From Isurus oxyrinchus (Eukaryota), in assembly GCA_026770705.1 (NCBI GenBank), contig JANJGN010000038.1, positions 2,356,001 to 2,420,000 on the forward strand: a stretch of DNA of 64,000 nucleotides, written 5' to 3'. The notes under the pieces were generated by a model. That model was not told where the DNA came from. It worked only from the letters and a program-made list of their open reading frames with translations, and made no database searches. Shown piece by piece: positions 1 to 12,879 of the stretch; within the stretch, counting starts at the first letter, position 1, and each line of letters starts with the position of its first letter. Made by a program: the position numbers and the translations under genes.

Positions 1-795
1 ATGAGTTCTGTGGGGCAGGAGCAAGCTGAGACGATCGGTCTACCAGGGCAGTTCTGTTTGTGGATTTTGGGTAGGAGATAGAAGCGGGCCGTCCGAGGTT
101 GGGCGACTATCAGGTTGGAAGCTGTGGGAGGGAGATCCCCAGAGGAGATGAGGTCAGTGACAGTCCTGGAAACAATGGCTTGATGTTCAGTGGTGGGGTC
201 ATGGTCGAGGGAGAGGTAGGAGGAAGTGTCTGCGAGTTGACGCTCAGCCTCCGCGAGGTAGAGGTCAGTGCGCCAGACAACAACAGCACCACCCTTGTCA
301 GCGGGTTTGATGACAATGTCAGGGTTGGACCTGAGAGAATGGAGTGCAGTAAGTTCAGAGAGAGACAGGTTAGAATGGGTGAGAGGAGTAGAGAAATTGA
401 GACGACTAATGTCGCGCCGACAGTTCTCAATGAAAAGATCAAGAGAAGGTAAGAATCCAGAGGGAGGGGTCCAGGTGGAGGGAGAATATTGGAGATGGGT
501 AAAAGGATCTGTTGAACTGGGAGAGGACTCCTGCCCAAAGAAGTGAGCCCGGAGACGAAGACGGCGAAAGAAGAGTTCAGCATCATGCCGAGCCCGAAAT
601 TCATTGAGGTGAGGGCGTAAGGGTATGAAACTAAGTCCTTTGCTGAGCACTGAACGTTCAGCATCGGAGAGGGGAAGGTCAGGGGGTATAGTGAATACAC
701 GGCTGGGGCTGGGATTGGAAGATGGGGTGGGGACGGAGGGACAGGCTGGGGTGGAGGGTCCTAGATGGGTGTTGGTGTCGATGAGTTGTTGGAGC
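1..795 (-). mobile_element. Penelope-like retroelement, N-terminal/RT region, running off the window start
   Basis: The minus-strand frame (absent from the ORF track because it exits the window) reads ...SVLSKGLSFIPLRP...IVIKPADKGGAVVVW...[30 protein letters not shown]. The KPADKG and PKIHK..PGRPIVS motifs are typical of Penelope-like RTs. Confidence 0.9.
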
Positions 796-808
796 GCATT
801 TGTTGGAA

Positions 809-878
809 ATGCATGGATCACCAAAAGACCTTCTGTCTGCCATTTATTATCCAGTCCTTGCAGCTCTCGGGGTTCCAG
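809..878 (+). pseudogene. GPR139-like GPCR copy A, exon 1 (MHGSPKDLLSAIYYPVLAALGVP)
   Basis: 70-nt exon from ATG (809) to the phase-1 donor G|gtaaag. Same length and motif as exon 1 of copies B and E. Confidence 0.88.
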
Positions 879-939
879 GTAAAGTATTGTAATTAGTATT
901 TTGATACGGAAATCGGTTATCTGCAGGAATTCTACCTTT

Positions 940-1400
940 TAAAAGCATTGTATATCCATAACGTTATACCTATTCTCCCATTTCGCCCTTTATCTGTACA
1001 ATTCTCCCCATTAATGGAGCAATTTCCCTCTTTTAACAAGTATATTTTACCCCTCTAAAAGAACATTTTCCCCACTTTATAGGTATAATGTCTGAATTTT
1101 GACAATATAATTTGTTCCCTTTGTCTAAAATTCTCACCGCCAATGGCTTAATAATATGCTATTAAAGGTGCAATTCTTCGCTGTTAGTGGCATAATATAA
1201 CCTTGTTAAAAACAAAACTTCACAATTTAAGTGCTATCATATCACCCTGCAAAGTGTGCAATTTCTCGCTGTTAATGGAAAAATATTACCCTGTTCAGGG
1301 TGAAATTTCTCGCTGTTAGCGGTATAATATCCCACTTATAAGGGCGTAATTTTTCGTTGTAAGTGGTATTATATTACCGTCTTCAACGGTGTTTTGCACC
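940..1400. repeat. Degenerate ~22/44-bp tandem repeat in the intron of copy A
   Basis: Recurring units such as atttctcgctgttaatggaaaaatattaccctgttcagggtgaa (44 bp, two ~22-bp halves). Confidence 0.6.
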
Positions 1401-1404
1401 ATTT

Positions 1405-1850
1405 AGTACTGGTGTATTTTCACACTGTTATCCCAGTGCAATTGCCTTTCCATTCTGTTACTGGCATTGTTGCTGAAGGAGAATTATCACATTGTAATCA
1501 CGGTGCAAGGGTAATTGTCTTCTGTTACTGCAGGTGTATTTGAACAGTGACATTACAGTCAAAATGTTTTTCCATTGTGTTTCCGGTATCGTTACTGAAG
1601 GTGAATTATCACATCGTAATCACGGTGTGAATATGATCACCTTCTGTTACTGACAGTCTAACTGTGGTTGAGTGATCACACTTTAATCACAGTATGAATA
1701 TGTTCGTGTTCTGTTACTGACAGTCGAACTGTGGTTATGTTATCACACTTTAAACACACTGTGAAATGGATCATCTTATGTTACTGACAGTCGAACTGTG
1801 GATGAGCTATCACACTGTTTTCACGGTGCAAATGTAAATCTGTTGTGTTG
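1405..1850. repeat. 67-bp minisatellite in the intron of copy A
   Basis: The atcaca...ctgttactgacagtcgaactgtgg unit recurs at 1608, 1675, 1742 and 1809 (67-bp spacing), with related units at ~1410-1600. Confidence 0.85.
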
Positions 1851-3038
1851 TTCACATTGACAATGATCGAACAATTCCCACGAATGTTTCATTGATAGAG
1901 AGCAATGTAACATTCAATATTCCCCCAATGAATTTGATGGAAGGACATCATGAGCACCCAGTTTTTGACAGATGTATGAACAATGTAATAATAGACTTTT
2001 GATGAATATTCTACATTAGCACCACGATCACAGAGGTGTGTTTCTGCTCTCAGTCTCCAACACTAATTGGTTCTTCAACTGCTGCTGACGCTTCGACTTG
2101 ACCACTGTTGACGCCGGAATTTCCTTCTGCTGATATCACCGAGCAATGTCCCACATTTTCCCGTCTCCGCTGTTTGTCCATATTGAATGAGGCTGCCTAC
2201 TTGGCTGCATCTTTCACAGCTCAGGCGCAATGCTTTGATTTGAAATATCCATTACAGGACAACGTTGATAGTTGATCCTGAAAGTGCAGTGCAGTACGGA
2301 GTCAGTGCTGCATTGCAGGAGGGACCTCACTCGGAAGGAGACTTCAGTTTCCGCCAATTCCAAAGGTTCAGATCGACACTGATCTTCCAGTTGACTATAT
2401 GTGAGGAGCTAGGATGTATCTTCACATGCAGGCAAACACCCTGTCTGGAAGATCAGAACTCATTCATTGCCCCTTTACTCCTCGTTTTATGTCGATATTT
2501 TTGAGCAGGTTTAATTCCCAAAGTTCACAACAACGAATAATTTTCAATAATTATTGCCAATTATTATATAGGAAAAGAACTATATTGATATTCAGTGAGA
2601 TATAATCCGCGCCCTTGTTAGTTTCCACACTTCTTGTTGCTTGTTTTGTTACTTACCATCGTCATTATTTCCTGCAATGCCTTGCAGATGCTTACACTTT
2701 CTTCTTGCTTATACAAAAATTCTATGTTGGTTTCTCAGTGTTAACGATGTCTTTTGTTCTCCATTAGTTTTTATTAAAATATTTGACATTCATACAACTT
2801 TGACCTGACCTATATTGAATTAAGATTTCAATTTACAAAGCTGAATCACTTGCCCATTGCAATTGCGCAACTGGGGAACACATCTGAAAGGTACAAATTC
2901 ATGCAGAATCCTATACAATTGTTGATTTGTTTATAGTTTGAGCAGTAACTTTCCTGTATTCGTTCTCTCCCAAACTCACACACACACAAACTCAGTCTCT
3001 TTCCAACTTCTCTCTTTCTCTCTCTCTCTTTATTGCAG

Positions 3039-3949
3039 CTAACCTGGCGGTGATTGTGATCCTTTCTCGAGTGAAATGCGGTATCTCCACCTGTATAACC
3101 TTTTATTTACAATCCCTGGCGGTATCAGAACTCCTGCTCATTATAACGGCTGTGATATTGAACCAGATTGCTGGTATTTATTTCCCACTCAGTTTCCTGT
3201 CAATCACACCAGTATGCAGTCTCCGTGAAGCCCTAATATATTCAGCAATAGACAGCTCTGCGTGGTTAACTACAGCTTTCACCTTTGATCGATTTGTGGC
3301 CATTTGATGCCCGAATCTGAAAGTAAAATGTTGTTCCAAAAAAACGGCGGCATGGGTTATAGGGACAATCCGCGCAATCAGCTGTGTCAAAAACACCTTC
3401 CAGTATTTTATATACGAATCTTTGTACATAATTGACAATGTGCCCTGGTTCTGCGATGTAAAAGTGATATTTTATACCTCACTTGCATGGATCGCCTATG
3501 ACTGCATTCATCACATTTTAACCGCTTGTCTCCCATTCATTCTGATTTTACTGCTCAATGTCCTGACAGTCAGACACATTCTCGCAGCCAGTAGAGCTCG
3601 CAGGAGACTCCAGACCCGGAGAAATGGAGACAATCAGCGTGACCCTGAGATGGAGAAGCGGACAATGTCCATCATTTTACTCTTCTGTGTATCGGGAAGT
3701 TTCATCCTGTTATACTTGTTACATTTTATAACTTTCCTCTATGTGCAAATTGGAAATGTTAAATACTTATCAAGCTCTGAAATCAATCTTTCAACATTCA
3801 TTCTTGAGGAAAAAGCATATATGCTTCAGTTTTTGAGTTCCTGCGTCAACCCGTTTATTTATGCAGGGACCCAGAGTAAATTCAGAGAAGAGTTAAAGAA
3901 TGGGGTGAAATATCCACTACTTGAAATTGTTAAATTATTTGGACGATAA
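3039..3949 (+). pseudogene. GPR139-like GPCR copy A, exon 2 (7TM body), with a single in-frame stop at 3305-3307
   Basis: Acceptor tattgcag|ct aac. ORFs 3050-3307 and 3422-3949 share a frame. Motifs FTFDRFVAI, PFILILLLN and NPFIYAGTQSKFREELK are present. TGA replaces the first Cys of the conserved AICC. The exon is 911 nt, identical in length to copy B. Confidence 0.92.
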
Positions 3950-4659
3950 GGACAGCAGAATCCAACTTCAACTGTACACAAGATTCCATCCTTTCCCCTT
4001 CTTGTCGATGCCACGCATTGTTCTCCATTCTAGTTCACAGTCACTCAGTTTGAAAATAAGACTGTTAAAGGCGCAATACATCCGAGCACAATTAAGTGTC
4101 AGTATCTGTTCTCTGGTAGTTAAATGTTCTCTTGCCCATATTTTCTCTGGTCTGTCTTATTCCCATCAGAATCCAGGGTCCTTGTAGTCCTCGTAGTATC
4201 TCTACGTTCATGTGGACGGCAAAGTGTCGTATATCTGATTTGTTACCACATTCCAAGATGAACTATTGATAAAGCAACCACAATCTCCCCGCGTCCCGCC
4301 CCAGTAATGATTCTGATCTTGATGGTTGAATACGCTTCGAAATGGGTGCACATACTAATCTCAGGAATTATTCTCCACTGACCAAGCACCGCTTTACAGC
4401 AAACACCTGAGCCCCTAAATATACAAACAGCGGACTATGGGATTGCGATGGCAAAATACCATCAATTCATCTTCTGCACTTTCCGTTGGCCAATTGGGAA
4501 GAGTCCCATCTCTAAAGGGGCCCCAAAAATGGCAAACAAAATCATTTTTTAAAAAGTTAGAAAACTGCATAAGGACATTATCTTCATTTATCATTTATAA
4601 ATCTTCAGCCGATTTCGTTTCCTACTGTCCTGTTAGCCACGTTGATAAAGGTAGAAGGG

Positions 4660-4948
4660 ATTTTTTTATTCATTCAATCGCTAAATGCTCTTGTTCAGAG
4701 AGCATTTAAGAGTCACATAGAGGCCAGACAGCAGATGCTCTTTCCTGCAGGAAATAATTAAACCAAATGGGCTTTTACAGCAATTAGCAATGGTTTCATG
4801 ATCATCATCAGACGCTTAATTAAAGATTTTTATTGAATTCAAATTGCCCAACCTTCCACGGTGAGATGTGAACTTCGGTCCCCAGAGAATTAGGTTGGGC
4901 CTTATGCAATGTTAACCTGGTCATAATGCTGCTACACCACCACCTCCC
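4660..4948 (-). mobile_element. tRNA-derived SINE (degenerate, DeuSINE/SacSINE-like)
   Basis: tRNA-like head on the minus strand (gggaggtggtggtgtagc...gaagttcacatctcacc). Related bodies occur at ~15760-16000, ~31150-31400 and ~40200-40500. Confidence 0.55.
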
Positions 4949-6919
4949 ATCAGTAGTTAACCGGTCCTACCAATTTATCTTCACAGTTATTCGACAACAG
5001 GCCCAGACGTGATCAACTATAATGTCAGTGGATAGCTTCAATATTCGGGGCGCGAAATTAGTTGTAGCAGTGGTACCGATATTTAGCTGTGGTTTGCTGA
5101 GGCACGCTCTACCATGACCCAGAATTCCATTTGTGAAAGAGGCCTGTGGGAGTATGCCCCGTATTTGCCTGAAAGAGGTGAATCGATGTTACACTGAAGT
5201 CACACATCCTGACGACTGAAGTGATGGCAGTATACCGAATGTGGAGTAGAAAACGCATTAATACATCATTCGGCAAACAGAAGCTCCAGTTCTGCAAAAC
5301 TGACACTCCACCAGTATTTCACAATGGGCTTGGTACCTTAATATCATGGAATTTAATTTGGAGGAGTTCTCCTGTCACAAACTATTTGGTGTTATTAAGG
5401 CTTGTTTTTGGAGGCCTTGTGGTTGGTTTCTGGATTTCCCAGATGACTGTTCTGCAGCCTGTGAGGAGAGGCAGCAGATCTGATGATGTGTCCACGGGGC
5501 CAGCGATGCCTCTGGACCAGCAACGTTACAGCTGAAATGCAGTGTCGGCTATGAAGAGACGATGTTCTGGCAAATGCAATCTGTTCAAATGGAGCCAGAC
5601 TCTTTAATGCTCCTTGACAGCGGCAGGAGTTGCCATTGCATTGTATGAACCAATATTAAGAATCTCACTCTATCTTCTGACAATACTCAATAGAACCATT
5701 TATCAATGATCTAGTGGGCAGGATTTTGGGGTGTGCATAGCGTGAAATGCAAGCGAGTTTAGTTGACACTTAATGGATTCCAGAGAATAACAGGATGTTA
5801 GTGCTGCAGTGTTGCTTTGTAATGCAGCAGGGGCCTACAACTCGGCAATTTGGGCTGATTGGCGAGACGTTCCATTCGTTTTCATTTTGGGTGGATGCTG
5901 GATGACACTGACACTGCTCAGGAGCACATTCGTCTTTCGAAAGGCAGGTACAGAAAGAATTTGACGAATTTATTAGTCGGGTTGTCTCGTTATTTCCGTT
6001 GCAGCAATTAATCCATTGTAATTCCCAATAAGATCAGTCGTTATTTTTTTCATGTTCTCCTTTACAAACTAGATTTTTAAAAAACTTATTCAACAGGAAA
6101 CATTAGCCCCATGATATCTTACAATATCTTTAAAAGTTGCACTTTTCTCACGTTATGATGTTGAATGTTAATGAAGCATGTTGACATTGAATGTCACATG
6201 ACAATCTAGAAGCCCCCATGCATATTCACCACAGAGACATTTCCTATCCTGTGTGAAAATCATTGCTGCATTACAATCCGTCAGCCTAACATTGCCGCCA
6301 GGTGAACGTCCAGTGAGCAGAATCGGGGCAATTTTAATGGTGAATTTGAAGATTTTCGGTTAATAACCGACAGCTAACATGGATTTGTAATAAGGCAAAA
6401 TAGACAAACTTGACTGAACTTTTCTCTGAAGTAATAGACTGGATGGTATTCGTGGGTCCCAATGGTTTTGCATCTTGAAGCAAGTTAACACAGTGTCCCA
6501 CAAGTATCGGTGTCAATTGTCATTTGTGATATCTGTTAGTCATATGGACACGGGAACAAAGGGTAAAAATTTAAGCTTTGCCGATAGCACAAGACATGGA
6601 TCTGGAGAAAACTGTGTGCAGGCTAGTTGACATAATTCAGGAAAGACAGCTGGAATGCCAGGCGCATGAGATATGGAATTTACTGCACAAAATATGATTT
6701 GGAATGCTTTAATTGGAAATAAATCGAGTTGGGAAGCAACATAACCCAACAGGCTAGAACCTTCGGTGATGCCAGTACAGTGGTGTATATTCTGGAAGGA
6801 GGGCCTTGGGAGTTCTCAACATCTGCTGTGGAATCCATCAAGTCTCATGACATCAGAGAACATCAAATCAAACATGGATAAGGAAAACTACTGCTATTAG
6901 ATATCAGACATCCAGAATC

Positions 6920-8460
6920 CAATTTTCCAGGATTGGGGATGGAGGTGATTGGCCGCTGGGGGAGAGGGTGGGGGGCAGTGTTGGAATCATCGGGTGTGTC
7001 CAGGGTTGTTACATTTGGATACCAGGAGAGAATTCGGCGTGGTTGCGATGGTTGTCGAGGTGTTAGAGTGATACCCTGGGCTGTACAGGGGGCTGGAAGG
7101 CTTATGAGGTAATGAGGGGTCTGCAGGGTGTTTGGAGAATCGGGGGAGATTGTCGATGTCATGCTTGGCGAGTACTCGATGTGTTGGGAGGGTGTTTGGC
7201 AGGTTATCAGGAGTATTTGCGAGGTTGGTAGGGTCCTAACTGGGTGAGGGTGCAGTCGGGTGCTTGTGGATCGTCGATTATTGGGAGGACAGCCTGGGGG
7301 TGGGAGGGTCGTCGGGGTTGGGGAAGGAAATGGGGCGTTGTCATGTGCGGTTTGAGAGGATAGGCGGGGGAGTTTCAGCAGTCGGGGAGGTGGGAGATAT
7401 ATTTGAGGTTTCCAGTGGGGGGGTCGGGGTTCTCATTTCTATCGTGACCCAGGAGTTAGAAGCGATTTTCGTTCTTCGCACTCCTCCTGGGAAACTATTC
7501 TGCCGGGACAGGCATAACGAACTGAAGTTTCCCATTTAAATCCACATGTCGGATGGTTTGGATGGTTCCTGATGTTCTTCAGAAGTTTGAATTTTCCGGT
7601 CAATACCCATACAGCCCTCATATGGGGGCTTCCGGACCGGGGGCGGATGGTGGAGGTTGTGCTTCTCCCACAGCATCTTTGGGGTGCCTCATGGCTGCGG
7701 CCCTACGGAGATCAGAATGTATTTTCAATATGTCCCAGATCTGACCAGTGGATGGCCTGACCCCGAGGTACCAGAGAGATGCAATGTTCGATCCCTTGTA
7801 AGTCCCCACTTCAGGACTGCCCGGCAACTTCCCCCGGATTTTCCACATCCTTTGGGCAATTAGTACTGCATCTGGAACATTCCAGAACCCTGAGTCAGAT
7901 TTGGAGGAGTTGGATTGTCCCGGCATACTTAGCAGAATAGGTACCCAGGAAACGTGAGAAGGATTAATACCAGTTCCAGCTCCTGAGTAACCAGAATTAA
8001 GATCTCCAACTCTGAAATGGACACCCCAATTACTGTCCAGACAGCCCGAGTGTGCCCCAGGACCCCGACTACCATCCAAAACCCAATTACCCATACCCTG
8101 ACCAATACATTGAAACTTCAACTGCTGCCGAGACGACGGGGACAACACCCATCCCCAAACTAATACCCCACATTCCCATTACACCCAACCCCCGAATACC
8201 CAAGAGAACACCCTAATCTCCCCCTACCCCAGACAACCCTCCAGATAATCCAAACGCTACCCACACCCCCACCACACACTGCCTACTCAGCACCTGAACA
8301 CCCACCCACTAACCACCCCCCCGTCTAATTGTCTAGACCCCTCCCCCCACTAAATGTCGACAACCTCGAACTCCCTGATATCCCTCGAACTACCCTATTC
8401 CCTCACCCCTTTACTTGCCACCCGACGACCTGACCCTGCTGTCTGGCACACTGAACTTCT
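6920..8460. repeat. Large imperfect inverted repeat: G-rich arm, core, mirrored C-rich arm
   Basis: 7430-7570 aligns with the reverse complement of 7860-8010 (ccaggagttagaa...cctgggaaactattctgc versus caggagctggaa...cctgggtacctattctgc). Strand skew flips from G-rich (6920-7430) to C-rich (8080-8450). Confidence 0.6.
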
Positions 8461-9371
8461 GTCTGCGCTGTGTCAATCTGGTTTTGGAATCATTAAAGCT
8501 ACTGCTAAACGGTAGCTAGAGCTACAGAAATGCTCTGGCTCAGCTTTCCCCGACATTCCTGTACGAGGAAGGAGGACTTTACACCTCACTGTTCCCTTGA
8601 AACCCTGTTCTGAAGTGCAGGTGAGAAATGTGGAGCTGCGGGGCAGGGAACGGTGAAAATGGCGGAATGGCCATCCAAAGCTGATTACCACTTCCGGGCC
8701 ATCGTGTTTCATATACCGCAGCTGATGAAAGCTTCCTTTATAAATCTTCAAACCATCAACATGAATATCGTTAGTTTTTGGTGAGACGGGATTCCCCTGT
8801 CAGATCCATCCTGTCTGCGCAGAATCTAACATTCACACATTCTGTCCTTGAAAGAGCTGCAATCAGAGAAATCATTGTCTACCTCTTTCTGGAATGTGCT
8901 TTTGGGAGAAGGTCTGGAAAATGATGGTCCAGCTTCATCCCGATCAGCTCCATAAAACAGGATTTTGTTCTCTCCGGGCCGAGATTATAATCCTTTGTTT
9001 GTACTTAACAGTTATATCCTCCAATAATACTTCCAATAACATGCACGCCCTGCAAATACATTGAAACAACGCTCTCACTTAGAAACTGAGTTAAGTGAAT
9101 GATTTTCCAAGCATTTCCATCACAAATTATGAAAGAAGATGAGATTCCCCAACTGATCACATAAGTGATAAGACCCAGAGCCTGCAATTAGTAGCCATAA
9201 GTACCTGTCGTTAAAATAACCGTTTTGAACTAGTAATTTTCCTGCGCTATCCAGTAATAGGTCATATGAAATTGATCCAAAACACACTGGCACTGATTCT
9301 TTAAAAATACAATGTACTGATACGGACAGCATGTGGAATGTAAAGCAAGAACGGCTGTGGTGTTAGTAACC

Positions 9372-10400
9372 TCTTTTACAGTTTAAGTGATCGGTTGATT
9401 TTCGGACCTCCTTGGCTGTTCCTCAGTTGTTTATTGAGATCTCTGTATTATGACTTTAAAATATGTTCTCCTGGTGACGCTAACAGTGAAATGTCTTCAT
9501 TTTATGATTCTGAATCTGTAATTGAGACATTCGTGGACAGTATTTCCGCCTTTCTGTCTGAAATGCACGAGATAATTATTATTTTAAAATAACTGTCGCT
9601 TATAATTTCACTATAGCTTGAATTGCATTTGTAAATATGTCTTTTCTTTCGCTGTTATCCCCTTCCCTTTATGCTAAATTTCTGTTTTCTCTTTCTGGCC
9701 TATGTTACACTTCTACTTACAGTTGGCAGCTCAGAGCATATGGGGTTGTCTCAATGTGACGCTCAAACGATAAATTCACTTTTGTGACCTTTAAATGAAC
9801 TATTTCTACAAAACATGCTCTGAAATTGTTAATAAATCTTGAATGATAATTGCATCAAGTATGACTTTGCTGAATTCATTTCTCCTCGCTTCATCGAAAT
9901 GGCTGCTTTTTCCCGATTTCACGTTTTCCTCCTTTCCCGACTGGTATTTATCACGATTCCTGTCTGCGAAGTGTTTGAACTCGAGGCCCTTCAGTCAAAG
10001 CGCGATTCACCACACATCGCCCCACCCGTGTAAAGAAATGTTTACCCCTTCCCTTTTATGGTAAAAACCAGAAGCAGAATGATGGAACGGCGAAGAGCAA
10101 CTCAGTGACGTCTCTGATCTGTCACAGTCAGCGTCGGGTCGTTCTAAATAATAAAGGCACTCTTCCTCAGAGGTTAATGCAGCACAATGTTTGAGGAAGA
10201 ATACGTTCTTTACATATCACACAAAATATTCCCAGGCCTCTACAGCTCTGGTTAGGCGCGGAGTAAACTGCCCCCACCCACGCCACCACCGCCACCCCCC
10301 CGCACCCCCCCCCCCACCCCCACCCCCTCTCCCCCTCCCGCACTGTCCGGCTAAACACTTACAAAGCAGAGCAGTTGCAGAGCCGATATATAACACTGAT
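9372..10400 (+). pseudogene. Relic of an IgH TM2 exon (tttaagtga, 9382-9390) plus 3'UTR/downstream sequence
   Basis: Colinear with 45583-46530 (ttttacag|NNNaagtgatcggttga...ggacctc...gtgaaatgtcttca...gaatctgtaa). AATAAA at 10150. No TM1 is recognisable upstream. Confidence 0.7.
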
Positions 10401-12229
10401 ATTGCCGTTGGCACAACCATAGGCTAATTCCTAGAGGCCAGGAAATATATGGCACATAAACACCATCGAGACAAAATCTTGTCGGCCTTCTTATGATGAA
10501 CCGGGCAAAAAAACATGAGAACGATTCTGAGAGATTGGGACCAATGCAGATCTGATATAGACATACTATTGAACAGAAATTCTACAAGCTTTCGCTAGAA
10601 TTTGTATTCCCTCAGGCTTGAGAGGGAGCAGAACCCGTTGGACATTGGGGCCTCGATGACACAAAAAGGAAATCAGCCTAAACAAAGTGATGTGGCCCAA
10701 AAACCTGGGCCTGTCTAATACACAAACCCTAATGCCTTCTCTGGCACTTTTAGCTTCTTTGATCTGGAAGCTGCATGACTGCTTGAACCCCTTATGAAGA
10801 CAACTGCAGATAGTACGTCCACACCATGAAAAGCTGCCTATTCTTTAAGGATTTCACACTGGCAGATCTGGCCTCTTTATGCAGGCATGGATTATCCAGT
10901 GAATTGTAATTATTGTTTACCCACTACACAAATCCATGCTTCCCCACATCAACTATTATTACTGACACTAAAAGAAAACACGAGTTACCAGATTGGCTAG
11001 TCACAACACTTGATATCATGCGAATTGTCAAAACTAGCATGAATTACGGCTTGATTGAAAGAATGAAACGAGGGCTGAGAGTTAAAATTTCGCATCAGGT
11101 TTTGGAAAATTCACGTGTCCACTGGTCGAGAACAGCTATAGAGGCGGAGATTAGAAGTGAAGGAAAGGGGTGAGATGGGCTGTGCTAATGCACAATGCAC
11201 AAAAAGTTAACTGACTAAAGATGGTGGTGTAAGGCTGAATATGGGTTGCAATGGGACAGATGTTTCTGCTTGCTGTTTACACAGATACACACATTACTCC
11301 TGATCAACCGATCACAACTGACCTTTGAAAACAGCACTCCAGGCCGGAGTTGTTTCTTCACTGCAACAAATGGTGCAACTCCCCCAGGTTTACAACTCGT
11401 TTTGTGTTGCAAAGTGCAGAGTGCCTAATTTCAAAATGAGAATACAAATATTACAACTTTGATTTTAAACATTGAATCATGGAACAGATACTGAGTATAG
11501 TTGTTTGAATTTGCATGGTATTACTAATGATTGAGTAAAAGTAGTTATACATTTGGATATTTGCTGCACATTGACTCTAACATCCTGAAATTCATTTCAA
11601 GCTGAGGCACCAGGCGGAAACCAGAAGTTGTCCTGCTGTAATAACTGGCATGGTGCCTGAGTCTAAATATTAAAACCTTCTAAGCATTCTGGTAGATCAG
11701 TGCCGGCCTGCTTCTAGACCAATGTTTATCATTTCTAATGTTCCGTTCCCAGAACTATACAAGTAATCCAGCATGTAATCTAACCAGGGATTTGTACAGC
11801 TGTAGCAAAGCTTTTCTCCTTTTCTGTTACAGCCTCAGTTCATGGTACAGTAAATAGACTTACATTGTGCATATCCATTCAGAGTAATGAAAACCATCTT
11901 GATCAGTAAAAACGACTTTTGGTTCTTTTGCACGCTTAAACACTGCATATGTCAAAAACTGTATAAGAATCACAAGCCCAACTCTTCGTGACTTTCCATC
12001 AGGAAAGTTTGTTTATTCAGGCAATCTGTGCGAGCACACCGCAGAAAATCCTTCAAAATTGGTCAATTACTTACAAGAGGATATGGAGCCCAAAACATGT
12101 GGTCATTCAACGTATTTGACCAAAGCATCATTTACTCCGTCAATGTTAGAGTCGGATATCAATACTTCGTCACAATTAGGCACAATATCAATTAAAAAGT
12201 CAAAGGGTAAAGTGATGCTTCTGTAACAG

Positions 12230-12875
12230 TTTTTTTATTCATTCATGGATGTGGGTGTCCCAGGTCCAGTCAGCATTTAATGCCCACCCGTAATTGCCCT
12301 TGAGAACATGATGTTACTGACCTGCTTTCTTGAACTGCTGTGGTCCATGTAGTGTAGGTACACCTATGTTTCTGTTAGGGAGGGAGTTCCAGGATATCGA
12401 CCCAGAGACATTGAAGGAACAGCGACATATTTCCAAGTCAGTATGATGAGTGACCTGGAGGGGAAATTCCAGTTGTTGGAGTTCCCATATATCTGCTGCC
12501 CTTGTCATTCAAGAAGGTAGTGGCCGTAAGTTTGGAAGGTGCTGTCTCAGGTGAATTCCTGCAGTGCATCTTGTAGATGGCAAATAGTGCTGCCACTGTG
12601 CACCGGTGGTGGAGGGAGTGAATATTTGTGGATGGGGGTGTCAATCCCGCGGGTTGCTTTCTCCTGGATGGTGTCAAGCTTCGTGAGCGCTGTTGGAGCA
12701 ACACTCATCCAGGCAAGTGGGAAGTACTTAATTACACTCTTGACTTGTAACTTGGTGGGCAGGCTTTGGGGAATCAGGAGGTGAGTTAACTGACGCAGGA
12801 TACTTAGCCTCTTACCTGCTCTTGTAGCCACAGTGTTTAGATGGCTAGCCCAGTTCAGTTTCTAGTCAATGGATG
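12230..12875 (-). mobile_element. CR1/L2-group LINE, 3' fragment (RT C-terminus and tail)
   Basis: ATRAGKRLSILRQLTHLL..QVKSVIKYFPLAWMS..LDTIQ, then IYKMHCRNSP. Same family as 51950-53180. Confidence 0.85.
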
Positions 12876-12879
12876 TGTC

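Noticed and set aside
99-882. ORF-track proteins of 85-196 aa
   Set aside because: These are alternative or antisense frames of the Penelope RT; the true frame runs off the window.
1405-1850. Regularly spaced repeats as a CRISPR array (also 14052-14284 and 56600-57160)
   Set aside because: Eukaryotic context, units are tandem and degenerate with no unique spacers, and there are no cas genes.
3305-3307. TGA at a Cys position read as selenocysteine
   Set aside because: No SECIS was recognised downstream, there is no precedent in this family, and the promoter is disrupted. A simple nonsense mutation is more likely.
10440-11050. Possible LTR-retrotransposon pol remnant
   Set aside because: Coding-like composition, but no diagnostic motif could be read.
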